The translations under genes were made by a program, and so were the position numbers. From NCBI RefSeq assembly GCF_004010195.1, contig NC_057711.1, positions 78,401,156 through 78,465,155 of the forward strand: DNA of 64,000 nucleotides. The letters are read 5' to 3'. This DNA comes from Chiloscyllium plagiosum (Eukaryota). Within the stretch, counting starts at the first letter, position 1, and each line of letters starts with the position of its first letter. The notes under the pieces were generated by a model that did not search any database, was not told the DNA's origin, and saw only the letters and a list, made by a program, of their open reading frames with translations. Of the stretch, positions 50,652-62,645 are shown piece by piece.

Positions 50652-52039
50652 CTTTTGTCAGAATACTGCTAGTCTGAATTTTCAGGAAAAATCTAAGAGT
50701 TTCTGTATGCAGATAATATAGGAAGTAATTTGCACCATATTACATTGAGCTGGATTGGAATACAAAGGTGAAGAAATAAAATGCTAAAAATACAAGTAAG
50801 TGGTTCTTCAACATCAATTAATGTGAGCCAATTATTATGAGCCCAACTGATATTATGAGTGGACAAAACTGATTCCGAACTAAAACTGGCTTGATAGATG
50901 ATTTATTTAATTTTAACAGTCTCTAACTGAACTGAACCACAAGCACAAAATGTTGCAGGTTTGGTTTTAACAATAAAACAGAAGCCTATTCCAGAAAAGA
51001 AATTAAGATTAAATAGTATAAACAAAACTATTTTGAATACACATTTAAAGATTTTTAAACACCATGAAGAGAATATAATCCTATTAATCCAAAAAGCATT
51101 CCTTTACTGAACGTTCCTTTGACACTTCTACTGCAATCAGTGTCCTAACTAAATTCCAGCCATTGGCTTTGGTATGAAAGCATGTTAGCTTGTTCAAAAC
51201 ACTTCTTAGTTTCATCCTTACTTTGGTATCTTTCTGCTTCTTCTCCAAAATTAGCACCTCCTCCATTCCTTCAATTTCCATGTGCCTACTTCTTCTGTCT
51301 ATTTCCACACCTGTAACTGTCTGTGTGATACATTGGCAGCGTCTGTCAGAACTGCTGCTTTCTGATCCTGAGTACTTGTTGTTCACCTTGATAGGTTTTT
51401 AAAGTTTGCAGGAATGCTATTTCTATTTCTAAATTCTTCCATAATTGTATTTTGCTTAATTTGTCAAAACTTTTCTCATTAATATTAATATACATAGCTT
51501 CAGGCTTGTAGTGTGGCACTTTTACATGTATTAGAAGCTACATGTAATAATATACATGTCCTGTTTGTTGAAGACAGTAGTAGTAGTAGTACATGCTCTG
51601 AGACTGTTTCAGCTCAACAAAATATGACTGCTATTTGCTGCTCATTTCTCAAGATAATGCCTTAAGATGCCTCTCCTACATTCAGCGTTAGTTTTCCCCA
51701 CTGCACTGGTATTCTTGTGAACTTTGACACAATGTGACTTTTTTTCAGCAGTTTTAACATTGCATCCAATCTTAGCATTTATTGAAAAATAACTCTTTCT
51801 AGCACCAACACCAATTCATAAAAACATACTGCCGAGCAGACAAACTCTTAGAAACAAACAGCCACTTTTCAATTTCAAAGTTTTTCAATTTGTTAAGAAC
51901 CTTTCACCAATCAAGCAAATCTGAAAAGAATGAGCTTGTAGTATGAATTGAGAGCATCACAGGTATCAGAAAGCTTTCAAGATGATCCCACACACTATAT
52001 TAATAAACAATTACAGCAGTTGGAATACTGGAATGAATT

Positions 52040-52440
52040 GAAAATTAATTAACAGACAAAGTGGAAAGTTGCAACAACTGATTATTCTCAGCTTGGCAGT
52101 GTGACCAGTGTCACTGCTTCAGCTCCAGTTATTCACAATTCATATCCATAATTTGGATATGGGAACCAAATGTAATAATTGTGATGACACAAAACTGGGT
52201 GACCATGTGAATTGTTAGGTTGATATGAAAAGGCAGCAAGGGGATTTAGATAGCCTAAGTGAATTGGCAGGCACATGGCAGGTAAAAAAAAATGTAAAGC
52301 TAGCCATTTGTTAGAAAAACAAAGTGGTAAGAGATTTGAACATGTTCATGTCCAAAGGGACCTGGGTGTTTTGTTCTTAAGGCACTAAGTTAACATGAAG
52401 ATGCGGCAAGCAATTGGTACACTTGTTTTTATTACAAGGG
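52040..52440 (+). mobile_element. Old CR1 RT fragment
   Basis: DDTKLG...QGDLDSLSELAGTWQ; RDLGV remnants. Confidence 0.65.
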
Positions 52441-53259
52441 AACGAGCAGACATTCCTGAAATAAGCCTCTGTGTAAAGAAGTCTTCTTGTAAATGTACAA
52501 AAATCTTGGAGACACCAAACCTGTCTGCATGTTTGTTGTGCATAATGTTCTAACAATATCTAACTTGCATCTAATCTATTGTACTAAAAGAATAAACAAA
52601 TGGGTATAGAAACAGAGTAAATGAAATTAGGATCACTGTATGCATAAGGATCATCAACATGCATTGGTTGAGTCAAATTGCCTGTTTCCAAATTGCATTA
52701 TTTAAATATTTCTCACTCATTAGGCATGATTTCTAAGCCAGCTAAACTGTCTTATATAAAAAACCTGGTGATAAAGTACACTTCTCCTCTGATCTTAGTC
52801 TACTTTGTTAACTAATTAGGGCAGAGGTAATGTTTTAGCACTATTTGTTTACAAAATGACAAATAAAGTATACATATTAAAATGGATGGATTGCAACAAA
52901 ATTTGATACACTGAAATAGTACAATGCAAGGAAGAACTGATCATTTTTTGATGAGGACACAGGTCTACATGCCAAAATTTTTCAAAGATCTGATAACATT
53001 GAGTGATGGAATGTTGCAAGTTGTTTAAAAATGTGATGGATTGTCATAGCTGTCAAAATGTGAGCAGAGTTTTTAAAGCAGTTTGTTGGATGTGAGTTGT
53101 CCTAAAGACTCCTCAGTGAGATATATAGTTACATTTTTAAAATAATATTGCTATAAAGCATCAACCAGATTGGAAAACACCTGAAAGAAGAGTTAATAAT
53201 TGTCAATAACACTGAGCAAGCAATGTGGTGCAGTTGCATGCTCAGAGTATCTTTTTTAC

Positions 53260-53775
53260 TTGACTCCAATCTTCTCGTAGCCAGTCATTTTAACACAGCA
53301 CCCTGCTTGCATGCCGACTTGTCTGTACATGGCATGCTGCCATGCTCCAATGAATCACAGCACAAACAGGAGGAACATCTCATTTTCAGACTAGGCACTT
53401 TACAATCTTCTGGACTTAATATAGAGTTAAACAACTTCAGATTATGACCCCACTCCCATTCATTCCCTCTTTGAGCCTCACTTGTTACATTCTCTGCCAC
53501 CATGCCCTCTCTCCCCACCTCCTATTCCAGTGGGACACTTTGTTCTTTCCAGTCTGGCAATAAAACACACTATTGTAATGTGAGAATGGCAGAACAATCA
53601 CTCAATCTGCACTATCAACATCCTTTCTCCACCAGCACTCAATCCGCCCCCCCCCCATAAATGCTGCCCCCTCCACATTTCACATCAACTCTGTCAAAGA
53701 ATCATCTAGACTCGAAGCATTAGCGTGCTCTCTCGCCATGGGTGCTGCCTAACCCACTGCCATTTCGAGCATTTT
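53260..53775 (+). mobile_element. Penelope GIY-YIG C-terminus + pLTR with degenerate hammerhead
   Basis: VASHFNTAPC...EEHLIFRLGTLQSSGLNIELNNF; actctgtcaaagaatcatctagactcgaagcattagc. Confidence 0.8.
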
Positions 53776-54534
53776 AATATTCTTTACTTGTTCTAACTTG
53801 TATTGCTCTCCACTAAGATGCCTAACGTTGCATACTTTTTCCATCAAGACTTCTCAAGAGATCAATTATTCCATAATTTGCTATCAAACATAACCACAAA
53901 CAGAAAAGCAGAGTTGAGCTTTATGCTAGTTCTATTACCTAATCATAAATTATCATTTCTGCTTCTAAAACCAAAACTTACTCACTAAATTGTGTTATAT
54001 AACTTTCAGCAGCATTTGCACAGCATGGTTTTAGAAAATTGAAGAGTCTACATTCTCCATATTCCGTGGTCTGCTGATTTAATTATAGATCTGGCAAAGT
54101 ACCTAAGTAGGCCAGTTAGAAGTAGATCATATTAAAGAGATGGGTCATTTTCTGCATATCATTCTCCCAATACTGTGCAGCATCTATTTTCAACATAAAA
54201 ATGTCATTCCTCATGAAATTTACAGCATATTCTCAATCTGTTCTTACTTGGGTATTAGAACATAATAATTGTTAAAAACATGATTAAAATATTCTATATT
54301 TTAGTCACCTGTAAAATATTAAGCCTTCGAAAACTAAAAATAGTGCTTCTGAAGTTAATGGAAAACAACATGCATATCCTGCAGAATGCAAAACAGTAAT
54401 TGACCTACTTAGGCTTATTTGTGCAATCTCTGTAAAATTCACTTCCATAAACCAACTTTAACATACTTGGCATCATGAATAAGAATTTTAAAAACTAACA
54501 TTGAGCAATATCAATCTTTTTCATCCAGGACCCT

Positions 54535-57195
54535 GACTGGGCTAGTGATGCAGAGGCCTATGCTAATGCATTTTAGGGTGCATTCAAGTCCTGCCACTTC
54601 AGCTGGTCAAATTTAAATTCAATTTCTCAATCTGGAATATAAGCCTGTCTCATGAATGATGACTGACCATGACATCTATCATCAATTGTCATGAAAACCT
54701 ATGTAGTTCACTACTGTTCTTTAGGGAAAGAAATTTGTCACCAATACCCATTTTGACGTACATAAGACTCCAGACCCACAATGTGGTTGGCTCATGTAAC
54801 TGAAATTGTTTAGCGAGCCACTCAATTCAAACACGATTAGAGATGGGCAGAGATTATGCAGACAGGCCGACGAGGGGAGAGGCCATTTTGGATTTGGTGC
54901 TCAGCAATGAGCCAGGACAGGTGTAAAACCTCACTGTGGGAGAACATTTTGGTGACAGTGACCACAACTGCCTCGCATTTATTGTAGCCATGGAGAGGGA
55001 AAGGAGCAGTTACCATGGGAAGATATTTAATTGAGGAAAAGGAAATTATGACAGGAGTTGCGAAGTATAAACTGGGAGCAATTGTTCCACAGAAAGGGTA
55101 CAACAGACATGTGGAGACAGTTTAAGGTGCAGTTGTTGCGAGTGATGCACAAATTTGTTCCTCTAAGACAGACAAGAGGCGGCTTGGATGACAAGAACAG
55201 AGGAGCTTCTCATCAAAAGGAAGAAGGCAGCTTATGTAAGGTGGAAGAAGCAAGGGTCCACCACAGCTTTACAGGATAACAGACTTGCTAGAAAGGAATT
55301 CAGAAATGGACTGAGAAGAGCCTGGAGGGGGTACAAAAAAGGCTTGGCGGGAAGGATTAGGGAGAACGCAAAGGTATTTTACTCATAGGGGCGAGATCAG
55401 GGAGAAGGTAGGGCCGGTCATCGATAGTAACATAGGGAACTTGTGCATGGAATCTGAGCAGATAGGAGAAGCCCTAAACTGAGTTTTTGCTTTGAGTTTC
55501 ACTTCGAAAAGGGACCTGGTTGTGAATGAAAACTTTGAGGTGCTGGGAAACAAGCTTGAACAGATCAAGATTGATGAAGTTGATGTGCTGGAAATTTTGA
55601 CCATCATTAAGATTGATAAGTCCCCAGGGCCAGACCAGATTTATCCTTGTTTGCTCTGGGAAGTGAGAAAGGAGGTTGCAAAGTTGGTTGCGAAGATCTT
55701 TGCTTTCTCACTCTCCACGGGAGTCGTACTGGAGGACTGGAGGGAGGCAAATGTTGTTCCTCTTTTCAAGAAGGGTAATAGGGAAATCCCTGGCAATTAC
55801 AGAACAGTTTGTGGTCTGAAAGGTTTTGGAAAGAATTCTGAGGGAACAGGATGAGTGTATTTGGAAAAGCATAACGTGATTAAAGACAGTCAGCATGGCT
55901 TTGCGAGGGGCAGGTCATGCCTCACAAATCTTATTGAGTTTGTTGAGGAGGTGACGAGACAGGTCAAAGGTCAAGCAGTGGATTTGGTGTGTATGGACTT
56001 CAGCAAGGCATCTGATAAGGTTCCCTGAGGTAGGCTCATTCATAAAGTTAGGAGGTATGGGGTATAGGGAGATTTCGCTGATTGGATTAAGCATTGGTTG
56101 GCTGACAGAGGCAGAGAGTGGTCATAGATGGAAAGTATTCTGCCTGGAGGTCAGTGGCAAGTGCTGTCCGGCAGGGCTCGGTTCTTCGGCCTCTGCTCGT
56201 TGTAGTTTTTACAGATTACTGGGATGATGAGGTTGAGGAGTGGGTTAGTAAATTTGCTGATAATACAAAAGGTTGGAGGTACCGTTTATAGTATCGAGGA
56301 CTATTGCAGGTTGCAGTGTGAAATAGACAGGATGCAGAGCTGGGCTGAGAAATGGCAGATAGAGTTCAAACTGGATAAATGTGAAGTGATGCATTTTGGA
56401 ACGTTGAACTTGAATGTTGAATACAGGTTCAAGACAGGATTCTTGGCAGTGTGGAGCAACAACAGGATCTTGGCATTCAAGTGCATAGATCCCTCAAATT
56501 TGCCAACCAAGTGGATAGGATTGTTAAGAAAGCATATGGTGTTATGGCTTTCATTAACAGGGGAATCGAGTTTAAGAGCTGCGAGGTTTTTCTGCAGCTC
56601 TCCAAAACCCTGGTGAGACCACACTTGGAATACCGTGTCCAGTTCTGGTTGCCCTATTATAGGAAAGATAGGCTTTGGAGAAGGTGCAAAGGCGGCTTAC
56701 CAGGATGCCGTCTGGGCTGGAGGGCTTGTCCTACGAACAGAGGTTGACTAAGCTCGGACTTTTCTCCCTGGAGAGGAGGAAGAGAGGTGACCTGATCAAG
56801 GTATACAAGGTAATGAGGGGCATGGATACAGTCGATAGCCAGAGACCTTTCCCCAGGACAGGCTTGACTGGCATGAGGGATCATGTTTTAAGGTGTTAGG
56901 AGGAAGGTATAGGAGATGTCAGAGGTAGGTCTTTTACACAGAGTTGAGAATGCATGGATTACATTTCCAGCGATGGTGGTGGAAGCAGAGTCATTAGGGA
57001 CATTTAAGCTACTACTGGACATGCACATGGACAGCAGTGAATTGAGGGGTGCATAGGTTAGGTTATTTGACATTAGGAATAATCCTCGGCACAATATAGT
57101 GGGTCAAAGGGCCTGTTCTGTTCTGTACTTTTCTATGTTCTATGGACAGCAATTACTGGTCTTGCCAGTGGTGCTCACATCAGTTGAACGAATAA
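54535..57195 (+). mobile_element. Older tRNA-like SINE (54535-~54850, tail ~57143-57195) split by a CR1 insertion
   Basis: The body matches 24610-24910. The tail attagagatgggcag resumes as atggacagcaattactggtcttgccag after the LINE. Confidence 0.65.
54851..57143 (+). mobile_element. 5'-truncated CR1 (HER1-like) LINE, ~2.3 kb, with stops and frameshifts
   Basis: IKIDKSPGPDQIYP...EDWREANVVPLFKKGNREIPGNYR, SQHGFARGRSCLTNLIEF, LVRPHLEYRVQFW; tail ttctatgttctatg. Confidence 0.95.
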
Positions 57196-57889
57196 GTACA
57201 TCTACTACAATAAGGATTTTCATTGAAATATAAATATTATAAAAGCCCTCATCAAGCTTGTGCTTTGTAGATGGTGGACAGGCTTTGATAACATAAGTTG
57301 TGGACCACTAAACTTTCAGACTCTAATCTGCTCTTGCAGTCCCAATACTTATATGGCTGGTCCAGCTAAGGTTCTGGTCATCAAGTACCTCTAGAATGTT
57401 AATGATACAAGAATCAGTGTTTCTTTTGAAGCATTATTATCAATGTTTAACAATAAGGGAAGATGTACAGATTCTCTTGAAATAAATTTATTTTTCCCTG
57501 CATAATTTACACAGGCATAATTTTAATGTTGCTTGATTGCTTTTGATGTATTCATACACTTACTGTTGTGGCTAACATGGTAAAAGTGATGTTTTGTATG
57601 AACAGAAGGCTAAAAAGTGATTTTATATTCTGAACTTCATAAACCATTCACACGTATTAATCAAGGATTACTGTGTGACTAGTAAACTGCCAGAAACAGT
57701 GTGCTTCAAATAAGTTGTAACTGAATATGCAGCAATTAGTAAAGTAACTTTATTAATGGGGCTGGGTAATGTTCAAAAGTCTTCAAGCTTATTTTAAAAG
57801 CATTAATTAATTACTGTAAGCTTCTGTATGTGGGAAAGAAAATGCAATCAGATACTGTTGTGCTAGTTGGAACGTACCCATCCTAATAG

Positions 57890-58290
57890 CATTGATATAC
57901 AGAGTGGTCTGGGCTTACAGGTCCACAAATCCTTGAAATATAGGTGGATACGGCAGTCAAAAAGACATGCAGCATGCTTGCCTCCATCAGAGTTGAAAAT
58001 GGTGATGCTAGAAAAGCACAGGAAGTCAGGCAGCATCCGAGGAGCAGGAGAATCAACATTTCGGGCACAAGCCTTTCATCAGGTGGCTGGTGGGTGTCTA
58101 GAATAAACTGCCAGTGGAAATGGTGGAAGCAAGCGCCTTTGCAATATTTAAGACGTACCTTGATAGACCCATGAACGGGAGGAGAACTGGATACAAACCA
58201 CATATGGACAAGTAGTGGGTCTAAATAAGGAATAGGAATCAGTGCAGGCTTGGTGAGCTGAAGGGCCTGCTCCTATGCTGTATTGTGTTG
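57890..58290 (+). mobile_element. Old CR1 3' fragment containing a minus-strand PLE pLTR (~57988-58083)
   Basis: GLQVHKSLK..VDTAVKK. The insert's reverse complement is CTGATGA-A-AGGCTTGTGCCC-GAAATGTTGATT (degenerate hammerhead). Confidence 0.7.
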
Positions 58291-58739
58291 TATAATGTGG
58301 TGGTAATGAATGGAGACTTCATTACCAGAAGAAAGAAATATTGTATATAGTTCCATTATTCTCCAGGTGGCTATAACCAATGAAATAATTTAACTATGAA
58401 GTTGAACCAATTGTTAGGTCTTATCAATTCAGAGGTTGAAAGAGGTTCCAAAAGACAGACATTTGTGAATCAAACACTGAAAGACCGAGAGACAGAATTC
58501 TAGAAAATTGTCAACAAAAGAACCTAAGGGAATTCCACTTCTAATTTCTGATAATATGAAGCTGTTTATTATTAAATGCAGCTTTTGCTAACAAAACCTT
58601 ATCTTTAGTTACAATTCAAAAGCTGCATTTTTCTTATAGTTAAAGCTTGTCCAAACAAAAACAATTAGAGCTATTTTGGAATTAATGATAAATTAAATAT
58701 TTAAACTAGGATAACTTTATTTAGTCTTTTAAAGATTTA

Positions 58740-60015
58740 CACCTGCCACTTGTGTGGCATGAGTGTTATTTATCAATTTATCAGCCCACACCTGAATATT
58801 GTCCAGGTCTTGGTACAAGCACAACCTACTTCAGTATCTGAGGAATCGTAGTTGGTGCTGAATATTGTGCAATTATCAACAAACATCCCCAACTTTCCCT
58901 CATCATAAAGGTCAGAGGTTATCATTGATGAAGAAGCTGAAGGTCACTGGACCTAGGTCACTACCCTAAGCAGCTATGGTCTTGTGGCACAATGATAGTG
59001 TCCTCACCACTGAGCTACCTGGACCATGTTCAAGTCTCACATACTCCCAAGGTGCATCATAACTATTCCTGACAAGCTCAGAAGAAAATGTATCCCCAGA
59101 GTAACTCCTGCAGAGATTTCTGCAGCTGAAATGATTTACCTCCAATATCCACAAACCATCTTGCTCTGTTTTTGACTGCAAAAAGCAGAGAAGTTTCTCC
59201 CAATTCCAGTTTTACTAGCGCTCCTTGATGGCACATCCAGCTAAATGTTACCTTGATGTCAAGGGCAGTCACTTCCATTTACACCCAGGAAATTCCAATT
59301 TTTCTTTTACCTATGTTTAGATCAAGGCTCTAATGGAGATTTGGAATCAAATAGTCTTGATAGAAATAATACTGTACACTGGTGAGCACGTTATTGCTGT
59401 CTATGTACTGTTTAATTGTACTGCCATGCACATTCTAACACTTTACTGATGATTGAGGGTAAACTGATGAGGTGGTAAATAGGCAGGTTGAATTTGTCCT
59501 GCTCTTTACGGAAAGGAAATATTAAGCAAATGTTCACATTTTGAACAGCTTGGCTAGGAGTGCAGCTAGTTCTGTAGTGCGAACTTCAACATGATCAGCA
59601 CATTGTCAAAGTCTAGAAGCTTTGCTGCTGTATGCAGACATTTCTTGATATCACATGATATGAATCAAATTGGATGCAAATTGGCAACTGCAGTGGTGGG
59701 ACCTTCAGAAAGAGGCTGAGATGTGTCATTTACTTCGCATTTCTGGCTGAGATGGATGCAAATGCTTTAGCCTTATCCACTGCACTCGTATTGGGCTTCC
59801 CTATAGTTGATAATGGATTTGTTCATAGCTCATTCTTCTCTAGTTAGTTGTTTAATTAACAATATAACTTGACATGTCAGGAATGACTGAGTCAATGTGA
59901 TCCACTGGTTGTGGAATTACCTAGTTCGTAGATTACATACTGCTTCTACATACATCTAACCTTGTAGCTTCACCAGGTTGTACATTTTTAAATTATGCCT
60001 GGTGCTATTTTTGAT
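58740..60015 (-). mobile_element. Old CR1 family B fragment
   Basis: EVTALDIKVTF...HQGALVKL remnant; homologous to 2598-3660. Confidence 0.65.
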
Positions 60016-60093
60016 ATTTTCTCCTGCACTCTTCATTGTGTTTGACAATATTTTTAAACGAAATAACCGAATAAAATTTTTGAAGTAACAAAT

Positions 60094-61317
60094 AGGATTG
60101 ATGAGGACAGAGCGGTAGAGGTGATCTATATGGACTTCAGTAAGGCGCTCGACAAGGTCCCCCATGGGAGACTGATCAGCAAGGTTAGGTCTCATGGAAT
60201 ACAGGGAGAACTAGCCATTTGGATACAGAACTGGCTCAAAGATAGAAGACAGAGGGTGGTGATGGAGGGTTGTTTTTCAGACTGGAGGCCTGTGACAGTG
60301 GAGTGCCACAAGGATCGGTGCTGGGTTCTCTACTTTTTGTCATTTACATAAATGATTTGGATGCGGGCATAAGAGATACAGTTAGTAAGTTTGCAGATGA
60401 CACCAAAATTGGAGGTGTAGTGGGCAGCGAAGAGGGTTACCTCAGATTGCAGCGGGATCTTGACCAGATGGGCCAATGCGCTGAGAAGTGGCAGATGGAG
60501 TTTAATTCAGATAAATGCGAGGTGCTGCATTTTGGGAAAGCAAATCTTGGCAGGACTTATACACTCAATTGTAAGGTCCTAGGGAGTGTTGCTGAACAAA
60601 GATACCGTGGAGTTCAGGTTCATAACTCCTTGAAAGTGGAGTCGCAGGTAGATAGGATAGTGAAGAAGGCATTTAGTATGCTTTCTTTTATTGGTCAGAG
60701 TATTGAGTACAGGAGTTGGGAGGTCATGTTGCGGCTGTCCAGGACACTGGTTAGGCCACTGTTGGAATATTGCATGCAATTCTAGTCTTCTTCCCATCGG
60801 AAAGATGTTGTGAAACTTGAAAGGGTTCAGGGGAGATTGACAAGGATGTTGCCAGGGTTGGAGTACTTGAGCTATAGGGAGAGGCTGAACAGGCTGGGGC
60901 TGTTTTCCCTGAAGCGTCGGAGGCTGAGAGGTGACCTTATAGAGGTTTACAAAATTATGAGGGGCATGGATAGGGTAAATAGACAAAATCTTTTCCCTGG
61001 GTTTGGGGAGTCCAGAACTAGAGGGCATAGGTTTAGGGTGAGAGGAGAAAGATATAAAAGAGACCTAAGGGGCAACTTTTTCACGGAGAGGGTGGTACAG
61101 GTATGGAATGAACTGCCAGAGGGAGTGATGGAGGCTGGTATAATTGCAACATTTAAGAGGCATTTGAATGGGTATATGAATAGGAAGGGTTTGGAGGGAA
61201 TATGGGCTGGGTGCTGGCAGGTGGGACTAGATTGGGTTAGGATATCTGGTCGGCATGGACAGGTTGGGCCGAAGGGTCTGTTTCCATGCTGTACATCTCT
61301 ATGACTCTATGACTATG
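60094..61317 (+). mobile_element. Young 5'-truncated CR1 (HER1-like) LINE
   Basis: IYMDFSKALDKVPHGRL, SGVPQGSVLGSLLFVIYINDLD...KFADDTKIGG, RGDLIEVYKIM; tail ctctatgactctatg. One frameshift and one stop are visible. Confidence 0.97.
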
Positions 61318-61319
61318 GC

Positions 61320-61715
61320 TAAATGTTTTGTCTTTGAATCTTTCATAGACTGACTTGCTTCTATTAATTCTGATATTGATATCTGAGAACTTCCAAAGGC
61401 TGCATTTAAATTTGGCAATTCTTGCACTCATTACATGCATAAAAACAGTTTGAGTGCGCCTGCTGTAGAGGTTAGCAAACTTATCCATTACTGATAGATT
61501 AACGAAACAGGCTGTGCACTGTTTCAATTTTCATTGTGGTGATCACAGGGCGGTAATTATCAAACACATTTGAGATTAGGTGCATGCTATTTTGGATGTT
61601 TGGCTCTGAACTGGCGGCTGGGTCACAGTCATCAGCAAACAAAACCGTAAAGTGTATTCCTCGAGACCTCAGTCTTTTCCTGGAATCATCGCAGCTTCTC
61701 AGGCATGCAATATTT
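61320..61715 (-). mobile_element. RTE-clade LINE RT fragment (inverted segment)
   Basis: VLFADDCDPAASSEPNIQNSM...VMDKFANL...SARIAK; matches the RTE LFADDCAL..SE..LQ / VDKFTYL / ARIAKA pattern. Confidence 0.7.
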
Positions 61716-61721
61716 GATTGC

Positions 61722-62645
61722 AATACCAGGATTGCCATCGTGGGTGGAATCATAGAACATAGTGGGGAGAAAAAAAACAAAGAAGGTCATTGCTGGAAAG
61801 TAGCCTTGTTAACCCCATCAGGTACTGGGAATGGGCCAGAAGACACAGCACCATCTAGGCCATGCAAACTTTCAAACTACTGAACCATTGTAACTTATTT
61901 CAGGATAGATGTCTCTATTACATCACAAAGCCCCTGACATTTGTTTGTGTCAGATCAACAACTTTAGAGGTATATGTTCTGTTCTTGGTGCTTCTGCTGG
62001 AGCTGTCCAATTGTAAACAATGGAGCAGTGCATTCACTAACCTTTTCCAAAAGCACATACCAGTCGAGACATTGCACTAAGTGGTTTCACACAAGCTGCT
62101 TTTATAAACTTCTGAAAATCAGATGGCAGGACAAAATACAAGACAACAAGGTGCTTATGAAAGCTAGCACACCAAGCATCAACACCATATTAAAACAGGC
62201 ACAAATAAATCAGGCTGGTCGTGTAACCAGAATACTGAACACACTCTTACTAAAGGGAAGTTTGCGTCTGGACTATACTCTCACAGCAAGGGAAGCACAA
62301 GGAGGACACTCATACTGAAGTGGAGTCCACTGCAAAGCCCGCCTAGGATCACTGTACCACATGCAAATTAATAAACAAAAAAGGTGTAGCATCCTTCAAA
62401 AGTAACAGAGATGGAGAGTAAACACAAGGGATGAAATCCTAAACCAGCAATTCATTCAAAATTCACTTGTTTGATCAATCTTAACATTCAAACATGTACC
62501 CACGAGTACCACCACCCCACAATGATGAACATAGATGGTGCTAAGCCTTCTGGCCCATTCCCAGTAGCTGATGGGGCTAACAAGGATACTTTCTAGCAAT
62601 GACATCTTTGTTTTTTTTCCCCCACAATAGCAATCCTGGTGTTAC
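61722..62645. repeat. Diverged ~120-140 bp inverted repeat pair (~61722-61858 and ~62532-62645)
   Basis: ccttgttaaccccatcaggtactgggaatgggccagaag..agcaccatcta versus tagatggtgct..cttctggcccattcccagtagctgatggggctaacaagg. Confidence 0.85.
61950..62430 (+). mobile_element. RTE-clade LINE C-terminal fragment
   Basis: FHTSCFYKLLKIRWQDKIQDNKVL.KAS.PSINTILKQAQ...AGRVTRI. Confidence 0.75.

Noticed and set aside
51084..51402. 100-aa minus-strand ORF
   Set aside because: No recognisable product and no supported exon boundaries.
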